Source: a virus (Duplodnaviria; Caudoviricetes). Taken from it: 64,000 bases of DNA. Under the pieces are notes generated by a model. That model did no database searches, was not told the origin of the DNA, and was given only the letters and a program-made list of their open reading frames with translations. Both the position numbers and the translations under genes were made by a program. This document shows positions 54,556 to 63,799 of this stretch, in pieces. The stretch lies in the IMG/VR virus record IMGVR_UViG_3300005535_000018, positions 1-64,000 of that record; one strand, written 5' to 3'. Within the stretch, counting starts at the first letter, position 1, and each line of letters opens with the position of its first letter.

Positions 54556-55353
54556 ATGGCAGAGCAAGCGGCGACGGCCGAGCTGATCGGCCACTGCGAG
54601 GGCTGTAGCGAGCCGATCTATGCCGGGCAGCCCTACACCGAGGGCGAGGAGTTCCCGGGCGACCTGTGGCACGTCGACTGCCTGCCGGAGGGCGGCGATG
54701 ACTGACGGCCAGTACATCCCGATCAAGGACCGGCCGGCGTTCGTGCGGAAGGTCGTCGCGGTGTGGCGGCTGCACCACCTCGCCCAGGGCGACGAGCTGG
54801 CGGTGTACCTGCCGGCCGACGAGTGGCCGCCCGGCGGGCCGGCCGAGGTGGCCGGGGCGATCGTCGAGCACCCCGACTGGTACGACCACCCGAACGGGGT
54901 CATGGTGATCGGGGGCGTCGCGGGGACGGTGCGGTTCGCGATCAGCGTTGCCCACCGGATGCTCGCGCCGATGTCGGCGGCCGACCTCGCCCTGTGCACG
55001 GCGTTCGGGGAGCTCCCGACGAGCGGGGCCGACGACGGCAGCGTGTGGTTCGCGCCCGACCCGGCCACCGGTGCCGCGCCGGTGTTCGTGCTGCCGCGGG
55101 GCCGGCGATGACCGCCCCAGTCGCGGCGGCAGTCGATCTCGGCCCCTGTGCGGCCCCTTGGTGTGACCGGCCGGCCGTGGTCTACATGGCCGGCCCGACC
55201 TACGGCCGTTCCCCTCGCCTGCTGCTCATCGGAGGGCAGCGGGCAGCGGAGCTGATGCAGGGCGACCCGCTCGCGGTCCGGTGCCTGGACTGCGTGTGCT
55301 GGGCCGTCGGCGACGTGTCCGGTGGGGAGAGGTGGCCCGGTGGCCGAGACTGA
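54556..55353 (+). CDS. Three small hypothetical genes (54556-54705, 54698-55111, 55108-55353)
   Basis: GGAGG RBS and overlapping stops; CxxC motifs. Confidence 0.55.
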
Positions 55354-55365
55354 GGACCGGTCGCG

Positions 55366-56631
55366 GTGAGCGCCCCCCGATCTGACGGGCATGCGGCGGT
55401 GTCGCGGGCCCTCGCCATGGCCCGGTCGCTGCGCGAAGAAGAAGAGATCATCGAAGCCGAGATCGTCGACTACGGGCCGGTGCCCACGACGAAGGCGCTG
55501 ATCGCCCGCGGCCGGGTCCTGTTGGCTGACATGGGCCGCAACCCGGACGACTGGGTCGACCGGGCCACCGAGGAGGCGCTGCGGGTCAACGAGGTCAAGA
55601 ACACCATCGACGTCATCCACTGGGGCTGGGCCCGGTGGGTTTGGTGGGGTGGGCTGCCACAGATAGGGGTGGCCACCGACCCGCCCAACGTGCGGCCCAA
55701 CGCCGTCCGCCGCTACATCGAAGCCCACAAGACGATGGCCCACCCGGACGGGACGCTGCGCGGGCGCCGCGGCCGGCCCTACTCGCCGAACGTGGTCGAG
55801 TTGGCCGTTGCGGTGATCTCGATGGTCTACAAGCGGCTGGGCTACCTCGAGTCGCCGACCCGCCACCCCAAGGTGCGCGAGCAGCTCGACGCCTACTGGG
55901 CGTGGTGGACCGGGCAAGGGTACGAGATCGACCAGGCCGACCCGATCACCCCCGCCGAGTCGGTGATCATCGCCCGCACACAGAACCTGGCCACCGTCGG
56001 CGGGTTGCGCAACGCCGCCGCGTTCCGGCTCCTGTTCGACCTGGGTTGCCGGCCGGCCGAGCTGCTCGCCCTGCAGATGGGCGACCTGCGTTGGCAGCCC
56101 GGCAACCGGCTCACCGTCACGATCCGCCGGTGGAAGACCAACCGGGAAGGCAAGAAACCCCGCCACGTCGGTGTCCAGGGCGACCCGGCCGTCGACTGGG
56201 ACGTCGACCCCGAACGGCTCACCCGAACCTGGTGGGAGGCCCTCCAGTCGGCCGGGCACACCAGCGGGCCGCTGTTCCCGGAGGTCAACTCCGCCGTGCC
56301 GCGCCTGGACGGCCGGCTCGCCGGCACCATCACCAACCAGCCGTGGCTGTACGAGGCGTTGGCCCGGTCCTGGAATCGGGCCGTCAAAGCCACCGACCTC
56401 GCCCTGTGGACCGACCCGGTGACGGGCCGGCAGCGCAGGATCTCGCTCTACTCCAACCGCACCGGCCTCATCAGCGCCCTGTTCGCGCTCGGCGTGCCGC
56501 GCGAGGTGGTCGAGCGGCGCACCGGCCACGCCCCCGGCTCCGAATCGCTGAGCCGCTACGTGCGGTCGGGCGTCCAGTGGGACGAGAGCAACCCGGGCCT
56601 GATCGTTCGCCAACGGCAACTGGCGTCGTGA
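55366..56631 (+). CDS. Second tyrosine recombinase (Cre-like resolvase)
   Basis: GLRNAAAFRLLFDLGCRPAEL (R), RRWKT (K), YSNRTG (variant HxxR), TGH...LSRY. Confidence 0.85.
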   Translation: MSAPRSDGHAAVSRALAMARSLREEEEIIEAEIVDYGPVPTTKALIARGRVLLADMGRNPDDWVDRATEEALRVNEVKNTIDVIHWGWARWVWWGGLPQIGVATDPPNVRPNAVRRYIEAHKTMAHPDGTLRGRRGRPYSPNVVELAVAVISMVYKRLGYLESPTRHPKVREQLDAYWAWWTGQGYEIDQADPITPAESVIIARTQNLATVGGLRNAAAFRLLFDLGCRPAELLALQMGDLRWQPGNRLTVTIRRWKTNREGKKPRHVGVQGDPAVDWDVDPERLTRTWWEALQSAGHTSGPLFPEVNSAVPRLDGRLAGTITNQPWLYEALARSWNRAVKATDLALWTDPVTGRQRRISLYSNRTGLISALFALGVPREVVERRTGHAPGSESLSRYVRSGVQWDESNPGLIVRQRQLAS

Positions 56632-56830
56632 CGGCCAGGTCATCGCTGCGGTGACCTGACCGGCATGGATGCCCCTTCCCGCGCGCCGTGGGGTCGAGAA
56701 ACGGCACGCTCCCGGCGATGACGGGGGCCTACGCCGGGAGCGGCCAAGGGGGGTTGCTACTGGCCGCGACGCTAGACCGGAGGGCGTGATCGTTTGCCCG
56801 CGTCGCGGGCGCCCTCACCCAACCGTGTCG

Positions 56831-56863
56831 CGTGTTGATTGGATATTGCATGTCAGCTAGCCT
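56831..56863 (+). promoter_or_regulatory. Class A promoter
   Basis: CGTG-TTGATT-N17-TAGCCT. Confidence 0.6.
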
Positions 56864-56908
56864 CGACAACGATACCCACATGACGCAGCAGGGGAGGAAC
56901 CCACCACC

Positions 56909-57622
56909 ATGGACACCGACAACCCGACCTCACCGGCGAGTGGCCTACACGACGTGCGGATCGAATACCGCGCCAAGGGCGCCAAGGAAGGCTCACCAGC
57001 GGTGCGGGTGCTGACGCTGTCCGGCCTCGAACGGGACGAGCTGGTCGCCAGCTTCGCCGCCGACGCCAGCGCCACCGCCACGCTCACACTGCGGTGCTCA
57101 CACACCCACGACGACGAGGCCGGCTGCGACGGCACCTTCCAGGTCCAGGCTTGGCGGGTCCGGTCGATCGTGGCGCTGCCCGGCGGCGAGGTGCTGTACG
57201 AGCGGCGCCGCAGCGTCAACCGCGTCGACGGCTGGTACCACACCGACGGCAGCCGCTGCCCGACCGCGTTGCTGCCGGCCGGCGCCGACGACGGCAAGTA
57301 CTGGTGCACCGAACATCAGCAGCACCTCTACGCCGCCCCCCCGGCGGCGCTGGTGCCGGCCCGGCCGAGGCCGGCCACAACGCCCCTCAACCTCGACGAC
57401 GCCCACGCCGTGTTGGGCGGCGAGCTGGAGCAGCTCCTCGCCAACGCCGCCGGCCGCGACGCGCTCGCCCCGGGGGCGCTCATGGTCCAGGCGTTCAAAG
57501 AGACCGGCGACGAGCTGGGCGCCCTCGTGGTGTCGCAGGTCATGAGCCTGTTCCTGATGCGGCTGCAAGCCGCCGCGGCCCTGTACGACGCCACCCCCGA
57601 CTCGAGAGGACCGTCCGCATGA
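56909..57622 (+). CDS. Hypothetical protein
   Basis: GGAGG RBS. Confidence 0.6.
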   Translation: MDTDNPTSPASGLHDVRIEYRAKGAKEGSPAVRVLTLSGLERDELVASFAADASATATLTLRCSHTHDDEAGCDGTFQVQAWRVRSIVALPGGEVLYERRRSVNRVDGWYHTDGSRCPTALLPAGADDGKYWCTEHQQHLYAAPPAALVPARPRPATTPLNLDDAHAVLGGELEQLLANAAGRDALAPGALMVQAFKETGDELGALVVSQVMSLFLMRLQAAAALYDATPDSRGPSA

Positions 57623-58194
57623 CCACCACCGCCGCGGTGCTGCTGGAGGAATACCGGGCCATCAAGGCCGAACAGAACGACCGCTTGAAGACCCGCGACG
57701 CCCTCGTCTACGCCACCATGGCCGTGATCGGCGTCGTCACCTACACCGCTATCACGATCCGCCAGCCGGACCTGCTGCTCGGCGTGGCAGCCGGAACGTT
57801 GGTGCTGGGCTGGCTGTACCTCGGCAACGACCGCAAGATTGCCTGGGCCAGGGACTACCTGCGCAGCGAACTGCGCTACCAGTTGGCCGCCGAACTCGAT
57901 GACGTCGACCCGGGCCGGCTGCTGCGCTGGGAAACGCCGCCCCGCTACTGGGGGCTGCCGCTGTGGCGCCTCGGCGGACTGTGGCATGACCTGGCCCTGT
58001 TCGTGGTGCCGCCCGCCGTGGTGCTGGCCTGGTGGCCGGTCGAGCGGTGGAACGGCACCTGGACAGATCCGCTCAGCTGGGCCTGGGCCGCCCTCACCGT
58101 TGACCTGGTGATGGTCACCGTCGCCGTGTTCGCGTCCACGGCCGTACGGCAACCTGCTGGAGATCCCCTGGAGCGGCGAGCACTCGCGGGTTGA
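57619..58194 (+). CDS. Four-TM membrane protein
   Basis: LEEYRAIKAEQ..R..TR, TM pair, DRKI...RDYLR...WE, second TM pair. Confidence 0.65.
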   Translation: MTTTAAVLLEEYRAIKAEQNDRLKTRDALVYATMAVIGVVTYTAITIRQPDLLLGVAAGTLVLGWLYLGNDRKIAWARDYLRSELRYQLAAELDDVDPGRLLRWETPPRYWGLPLWRLGGLWHDLALFVVPPAVVLAWWPVERWNGTWTDPLSWAWAALTVDLVMVTVAVFASTAVRQPAGDPLERRALAG

Positions 58195-58207
58195 GCGGGC
58201 CTACGAG

Positions 58208-59324
58208 TTGACCGCCGCCGCGGTCGGGTTCGACAGCAACTGGTCCGGTCTGCGGGTCTACTGGTACTGCGGCGGGCCGTTGGGTTGCGGCGCGCACGTC
58301 ACCGACCGGGGGCCGTACGACGGTTACCCGTCTGACTGCGAGTCAGGCCACGTCGACGGCTGCCGCCGCTTGGCCGCCGAGGAGGACGCCAAGATCCGGG
58401 AAAACGAGGAAGCCGAAACCCGAGGGCAGGTCATGGACGAGGCGTTGGAGCGGCTGCTGCCGGGCAGCTTCGCCCGCGACACCGCCATCCGGGCCCGTGA
58501 CGTGCTCGCCCACGGTGGCCAGTACCGCGGTTGGTCCACCGGCGAAACCCTTGCCGTGGCCCTGGCCCTGAACGACGAGGCGATGCTCAAGCAGCTCGGC
58601 TACACGGACCGGGCCCAAGCCATCCAGCGGGTGGGGGCCGGCCTGACCAGCGACCCGCAGGGCTGCCTCGCCCTGATCAGGGCAGCCGTGACCGGCGAAC
58701 GCTGACCCTTCCCGCGGCCCCCGATCGGGCGACCCGGCGCGCGCCACCGCCGCCGCCGCCCGGCCGGGGGCCGTACCGTACCTGCGTGTTGATCGCGCCA
58801 CGCCGACCCGACCCTGACGAGATGGGCGGCGGGACCTCAATCGTCACCGTGTTGGCCGAGGTCGAGCGGGGCCTGCGTTGCGACCAGTGCGGCCAGGACA
58901 CCCGCGTCGACACCCACGTTCGGGCCGACGAGACCTCCCCGATCATCGCCACCCTGACCGGCTGCACCGCCTGCCGCACCGGCCTGTACGGGGCGCCATG
59001 ACCCAGCCGTTGCCGGCGTCGCCGGGCGACTGGCACCACGCCCCCGACCACCTCGTCGCGCTCGTCGCGGCCCTGACCGGGCCGCCGCCCCGCACCCTGA
59101 CCGGGGAGCCCACCGCCGAGCAGTGGTACCGGCAGATACGGCGGGTCGTGGACCAGGTCTGGTCGACGGGCTGGCTGGCCGGCGCCACCGACTACGCCGC
59201 CCGGATGCCGGCGCGGTGGGAGGTCACGTCAGGAACGCCGCTCCCGCCGGCCGTAGTGGCCGCTGAGGCCCGAGCGGCCCGACCCCAGGCAACCGTGCCG
59301 GCGAGCCAGGCAGGCCGCTCCTAG
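58208..59324 (+). CDS. Three hypothetical genes (58208-58705, about 58786-59001, 58998-59324)
   Basis: Coding-like ORFs; the middle one has CDQC...CTAC. Confidence 0.5.
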
Positions 59325-59381
59325 GGCTTTGGGGGGCGGGGTGGTTGACTCAACATCACCCAACACCCGAAGGACCCAACC

Positions 59382-60269
59382 GTGCCGAGACCCGACCGGC
59401 ACCTGAGCGTGCGCGATGCTGCCGCGGCGCTGGGCGTGCCCGACTCCACTGTGCGGCTGTGGCTCGCCCGCGGCGACCTGCACGGCGGCGCCGACGACGC
59501 CGACCCTGGGCTGCGTCGCATCACCCCACCCACCCAATGGGTCGCCCAGTCCTCAGTGGACGCTGCGTTAGCGGCCCGGGCCGCCCGGGCCGGGGTACGC
59601 CTGGCCGTCACCGTCGCCGCCCTCAAGGGCGGCGTCGGCAAGTCGACCACGACGTGGGCGTTGGCGTCGCTGCTCGCCGACGAGGGCTGGCGGGTGCTGG
59701 TGATCGACGCCGACCCGAACTCGCAGACCTTGTACAGCCTGGCCGGGCGGTACCTCGAGGGGGGCGGGGAGCTGCCGTGGCGGGTGGTGCCCTGGGCGAC
59801 CCACGACCTGGGCCTGCTCGCCAACGCGCGCCGTCTCGCCGCCGACTACGACCACGTGCTGATCGACACCGGCCCCGACGGCGCCGACCTGACCCTGCTG
59901 CAGGCTGCCTGCCGGGTTGCGCCGCTGCTGGTGATGCCGTTCGCGCCCCGGGCGATCGAGCTGGAGCGGCTACCGGCCACAGTGGAGGCGGCCCGCCGCG
60001 GCAGCGTGCTAACCGAACAGCCGGTGTGGCCGGTGGTGCTGCTCACCAAGGTCGCGTTGCGCTCGCCCGCCGCCGAACGGACCCGGGCCGAGCTGGCCGC
60101 CGCCCCGCCCCCGATCAGCGGCATACCGGTGCTGGACAGCGAGGTCCGCGAGCTGGCCGTGTACACCCGCTACGCCGGACCCCTGACCCGCGCCGAGGCC
60201 GGCGACTACGTCGGGGTGCTCGATGAGCTGCGGGCCCTCACGGCCCAAATCGAAGACCAGGAGCTGTGA
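59382..60269 (+). CDS. parA: ParA-family partition ATPase with N-terminal HTH
   Basis: LSVRDAAAALGVPDSTVRLW HTH; deviant Walker A LKGGVGKSTT; VLVIDADPN; DHVLIDTGP. Confidence 0.9.
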   Translation: MPRPDRHLSVRDAAAALGVPDSTVRLWLARGDLHGGADDADPGLRRITPPTQWVAQSSVDAALAARAARAGVRLAVTVAALKGGVGKSTTTWALASLLADEGWRVLVIDADPNSQTLYSLAGRYLEGGGELPWRVVPWATHDLGLLANARRLAADYDHVLIDTGPDGADLTLLQAACRVAPLLVMPFAPRAIELERLPATVEAARRGSVLTEQPVWPVVLLTKVALRSPAAERTRAELAAAPPPISGIPVLDSEVRELAVYTRYAGPLTRAEAGDYVGVLDELRALTAQIEDQEL

Positions 60270-60607
60270 TGGCCTCGACCAAACCGACCCCCGTGTCCGG
60301 GTCAGTGTTCACGAACCCGTCGCCGGTCACCCGCGACGACGGCGGCCCTCACACGCACGCGGGCGCGCGCCCGGGCGAGAGCGGGGGCAACGGCGCAACC
60401 CCGGCCCCGGCCGGCGTGACGGGCCGCGACCTCGGCCTGGCCGCCCTGTCCGTCGTCGCCGCGATCGCCCGGCTGCGGGAACGGCGTGAGGCCCTGGCCG
60501 CCACCGTGGCGGGGGCCAGGGCCTCACAACACTCCGACGCGGTCATCCGCGCCCACCTCGTCGTGAACGGGCTGGAGCAGGACGAGATCGATGCCGCTAT
60601 GGGCTAG
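60269..60607 (+). CDS. Putative ParA partner protein
   Basis: Coupled to parA; disordered N-terminus and helical C-terminus. Confidence 0.55.
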   Translation: MASTKPTPVSGSVFTNPSPVTRDDGGPHTHAGARPGESGGNGATPAPAGVTGRDLGLAALSVVAAIARLRERREALAATVAGARASQHSDAVIRAHLVVNGLEQDEIDAAMG

Positions 60608-60828
60608 CGCTCCTGCTCGTGGCGGGTCCAATGGTCGCCGGCCCGGTCGACTGCCTCACCTTCGCTGTCGAACGTCTCGCTGCGGCCCGGCCGGTGCACG
60701 CCGCCCAGCCCGCAGCGGAGGGGGCAGGTGAACAGCCAGCCCGTCACGAACGAGCCGCGCCACTCCGGATGAACCCGGATGCCATCGACGCAGCCCGGCA
60801 CGGGCAGATCCAGCGCGGTCGCCATCAC
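60604..60828 (-). CDS. Small hypothetical protein
   Basis: Coupled to the upstream HTH gene. Confidence 0.5.
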   Translation of the reverse strand: MMATALDLPVPGCVDGIRVHPEWRGSFVTGWLFTCPLRCGLGGVHRPGRSETFDSEGEAVDRAGDHWTRHEQER

Positions 60829-61121
60829 CGGCGCCGGGTGCGGGCCAGCTCGTCCGGCGCCGCCGGGGCGACGGTGACGGTGAGCAGGTGGCCGAAGCGG
60901 CGGCAGGCGTAGGGGCGGCTGGTGCCCAGCGCATCCGCGATCTCATCCCAAGTCATGGGCTTCGGCTTCAACGCCCGGGCCGCGGCCACGGCCGCCAGCT
61001 CGTCGCGCTCCAACTGTGCCCGGCGGGCCGGCATCGCCTGAAGCGCCTCTGTGGCTGCGGCTTTGGCCTCAGCGGCCACCGCCACGGCGGCCGGGTCGGG
61101 TGGCGTAGTCGTCTTCGTCAT
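60825..61121 (-). CDS. HTH protein, candidate repressor of the class B promoters
   Basis: AVAAARA...MTWDEIADALGTSRPYACRRF; own promoter TTGTTA-N17-CACACT 7 nt before the ATG. Confidence 0.7.
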   Translation of the reverse strand: MTKTTTPPDPAAVAVAAEAKAAATEALQAMPARRAQLERDELAAVAAARALKPKPMTWDEIADALGTSRPYACRRFGHLLTVTVAPAAPDELARTRRR

Positions 61122-61128
61122 GCTCCCA

Positions 61129-61211
61129 AGTGTGCCGGATTGTCTCTGAGATAACAAGGGGCGAAACAGGGACTTGTTATCTCTGGGGTACGGATGTATC
61201 GTAGGGACAAC
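61129..61211. promoter_or_regulatory. Divergent class B promoter pair with inverted repeat
   Basis: GAGATAACAAG...CTTGTTATCTC inverted repeat; TTGTTA-N17-TATCGT-AGGGACAAC (+) and TTGTTA-N17-CACACT (-). Confidence 0.7.
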
Positions 61212-61248
61212 GACATACAGACGCAGACCCCCACAGAAGGAGCAAGCC

Positions 61249-62238
61249 ATGTCAGCACAGGTCGACACGATGTACTCGGTCCGCGAGGTCCCGTGGCACA
61301 AGCAGGGCCAGGTGCTCGCCGAGTACCCCGGCTCCTGGGCCGAGGCCCGCGAGCAGGCCGGCATCGACTGGGATGTGCTCGCCGAGGAGCCCAAGTACCT
61401 CGACGGCATCGACGGCGACGGCTTCCCGATCTATGTCACGGACAGCGAGTACCGCCGGGTTTACCGCTCCGACACCCGCCGCACCCTCGGCTACACGTCG
61501 GACACCTATGAGGTCATCGACCACGAGGCGATGGGCGGGATCATCGAGGCCGTCCTGGCCCAGACCAACGTCAAGTACGAGACGGCCGGCAGCCTCGACG
61601 AGGGCCGCGCCGTGTGGTGCCTCGCCCGGCTGGACGAACCGATCACCCTGCCCGGCGACCCGAACACGGTCACCTACCCGTACCTCGCGATCACGAACCG
61701 CCACGACGGCATGGGGTCCTGCGCCCTGAGGGCCACCGCCATCCGCATCGTGTGCATGAACACGTTCCGGGCGGCCGAGATGGAGGGCGAGCGCACCAAG
61801 GCAACCTTCACCTTCCGCCACACCAAGAACTGGAAGGACCGGGTCACCGAGGCCCGCGAGGCCGTCACCGGCGCCCGGCGCGAGATCGCCGACTACATCG
61901 AGCTGGCCACCGATCTGCTCGGCATGCCCGTCACCACGGCCCAGCAGGAGCAGTTCGTGCGGCTGTTCATCGGCACGCCGCCCGAGGCGCTGGTGTCGAA
62001 GCGGGTCGCCAACAACATCGAGACCTCCCGCGGCCTGATGCGGAAGATCCTGGCCTCCGAGACCACCGCCAGCGTCGCCCACACCGCGTACGGGCTGGTG
62101 CAGGCCGGCGTCGAGTACGCCGACCACGTCCGCCGGGCGAAGTCGTGGGAGAGCAAGCTCAACCGGACGCTGTTGCAGCCCGAGCCGCTCAAGCGCCGCG
62201 CGTTGGTGCTGGCCCGGGAGGTCGTCAAGACCGGCTGA
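61249..62238 (+). CDS. DUF932 (TIGR03299-like phage/plasmid) protein
   Basis: M.SVRE.PWH..G; AGIDWDV; YETAGSL.EGR.VW; N.HDG; T.IRIVCMNT; RHT. Confidence 0.9.
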   Translation: MSAQVDTMYSVREVPWHKQGQVLAEYPGSWAEAREQAGIDWDVLAEEPKYLDGIDGDGFPIYVTDSEYRRVYRSDTRRTLGYTSDTYEVIDHEAMGGIIEAVLAQTNVKYETAGSLDEGRAVWCLARLDEPITLPGDPNTVTYPYLAITNRHDGMGSCALRATAIRIVCMNTFRAAEMEGERTKATFTFRHTKNWKDRVTEAREAVTGARREIADYIELATDLLGMPVTTAQQEQFVRLFIGTPPEALVSKRVANNIETSRGLMRKILASETTASVAHTAYGLVQAGVEYADHVRRAKSWESKLNRTLLQPEPLKRRALVLAREVVKTG

Positions 62239-62310
62239 CCGGTTCGTCCGATATTGCCCCAGAGAACCCCTTGTGTTCTCTGGGGCACTGTCGTATCCTA
62301 GAGATACCAA
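62236..62310 (+). repeat. Cassette repeat 1 (class B promoter/operator)
   Basis: TGACCGGTTCGTCCGA...TGCCCCAGAGAAC-CCCTTGT-GTTCTCTGGGGCA...TATCCTAGAGA. Confidence 0.85.
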
Positions 62311-62325
62311 CCACAGGAGGCCCCC

Positions 62326-62601
62326 ATGAACACCCACCCCGCCACCCCCGGCCAGAAGGTCATCTACCACGGCTCGATCGAAGAGGCCCGGGGCGAGGCC
62401 ACCTACATCGGCGTGTGCGACGCCGACGTCCTTGACCCCTGCGCCGAGTGTGCGGCCCGGGACGAAGAGTGGGAGTTCTGGGGCAGCCCGGCCCCCGCGC
62501 CGATCCGCTACCGGCTGCGCCTCACCGCCACCGTCGAGCTGCGCTGCGTCCGGGCCGAGTCGTTCAGCCCGATCGTGGCCGACGCCGTCGCCGCCCACTA
62601 G
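62326..62601 (+). CDS. Small hypothetical protein (cassette 1)
   Basis: AGGAGG RBS; PGQKVIYHGSI; CAEC. Confidence 0.65.
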   Translation: MNTHPATPGQKVIYHGSIEEARGEATYIGVCDADVLDPCAECAARDEEWEFWGSPAPAPIRYRLRLTATVELRCVRAESFSPIVADAVAAH

Positions 62602-62653
62602 ACCCCCCCCGGCCGGGGCGCCCCGCCCCGGCCCGCCGCCCGAGGAGGCAGCC

Positions 62654-63040
62654 ATGCTCGACACCACCACGATCCGCGTCCGGGTCGGCCGGACCGTCAA
62701 GACCTACCCGGCCGACGTCGCCGCCTACGCCCAGCACCTCGCCGAGGGTGGCGTCACGGTCAGCCTCGCCGAGGCCCGCCGGCAGGCCCGCGAGATGCTC
62801 GCCGCGAACCGGGCCGAGTGGGTCACCGGCGTCGTGTTCTGGGCGACCCTCGATGAGTCGGGTCTGGCGTACCGGCTGGACTTCGACCGCCGCGGCCGCT
62901 ACAGCATCGACGCGGCCGCCCCGATGGCCGGACCCGACAACGTGCGAGACCTGTACGACGTCGACGGCTACGGCTGCGGCTGGGCCGGCCACAGCGACGC
63001 GGTCGGCGAACACGGCTGGTGCCCGGTCTGCCAGGACTGA
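62654..63040 (+). CDS. Small hypothetical protein (cassette 1, second gene)
   Basis: GAGGAGG RBS; C-terminal C...H...CPVC. Confidence 0.6.
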   Translation: MLDTTTIRVRVGRTVKTYPADVAAYAQHLAEGGVTVSLAEARRQAREMLAANRAEWVTGVVFWATLDESGLAYRLDFDRRGRYSIDAAAPMAGPDNVRDLYDVDGYGCGWAGHSDAVGEHGWCPVCQD

Positions 63041-63055
63041 AGCGCCCCGGGCCTT

Positions 63056-63126
63056 GCGTCCGGTTTGCCCCAGAGAACCCCTTGTGTTTCTCTGGGGCAC
63101 TGTTGTATCCTAGAGACACAACGACG
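63056..63126 (+). repeat. Cassette repeat 2 (class B promoter/operator)
   Basis: CGTCCG..TGCCCCAGAGAACCCCTTGTGTTTCTCTGGGGCACTGTTGTATCCTAGAGACACAA. Confidence 0.85.
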
Positions 63127-63142
63127 AGGCGAGGAGCCCACC

Positions 63143-63706
63143 ATGACGACCACCCGCACCTTCACCGAAGGCGAAGACGCCCTGTTCGAGCAGATCGACA
63201 ACGACGGCACGATGCGCTGCACCGTGTGCGGCTCGGTCGACTCGATCGCCAGCGAGTCGTACCCCAGCATGTATGCCGGCGACGAGAGCAGCGAGACCTG
63301 CGGCATCTGCGGCTCGTACGAGGCCGACAGCGACCCGTTCAAAGGCACCCGGGTCATCGAGCGCCGCGAAGGCCAGCTGCTGCTGATCCCGGCCGGCGAC
63401 ACCACGATGCGGCTGGTGGCGCGGGGCGGGTTCCTGTACCCGGCGACCAGCGACGAGCACGACGAGGCCAACTACGAGACGGACCCCGCAACGCTCCTCG
63501 ACGTCAAGGTCGGCGACCGGGTCGCGGTCACCTACCCGCACCTGGACTGGTTCGGCACCTTCACCGTGACGGAGCTCCAGCGCGACCAGTGGGGCCTTCG
63601 CTTCCACGGCGCGAGCTGGGACGCGGCGGGAGCGGGGCAGCCGATGCCGGCGGGCGTGAGCCCGTTCGCGGAGACGTCCACGCACCGCATCGCCCGCGCC
63701 GCCTGA
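63143..63706 (+). CDS. Zinc-ribbon protein (cassette 2)
   Basis: GAGGAG RBS; CTVCGS...CGICGSYEAD..GTRVI. Confidence 0.7.
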   Translation: MTTTRTFTEGEDALFEQIDNDGTMRCTVCGSVDSIASESYPSMYAGDESSETCGICGSYEADSDPFKGTRVIERREGQLLLIPAGDTTMRLVARGGFLYPATSDEHDEANYETDPATLLDVKVGDRVAVTYPHLDWFGTFTVTELQRDQWGLRFHGASWDAAGAGQPMPAGVSPFAETSTHRIARAA

Positions 63707-63780
63707 CCGGTTCGTCCGACGTGCCCTAGAGAACCCCTTGTGTTCTCTGGGGCACTGCCGTATCCTAGAGACACAAGACG
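63704..63780 (+). repeat. Cassette repeat 3 (class B promoter/operator)
   Basis: TGACCGGTTCGTCCGACGTGCCCTAGAGAACCCCTTGTGTTCTCTGGGGCACTGCCGTATCCTAGAGACACAA. Confidence 0.85.
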
Positions 63781-63799
63781 ACGCGATGAGGAGCCCCCC

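Noticed and set aside
55366-56631. Protelomerase call for the second recombinase
   Set aside because: Motif spacing and size fit a Cre-like tyrosine recombinase; no TelN-specific features recognised
54553-56643. 696-aa minus-strand ORF (likewise 29758-31596, 61252-62700, and plus-strand 48094-49539 and 16087-17562)
   Set aside because: They overlap motif-bearing genes on the opposite strand and have no recognisable motifs
62236-63780. CRISPR array or integron attC array
   Set aside because: Spacing is hundreds of bp with whole genes between units, the repeats contain promoter boxes, no cas operon is present, and no attC R-box pattern is evident
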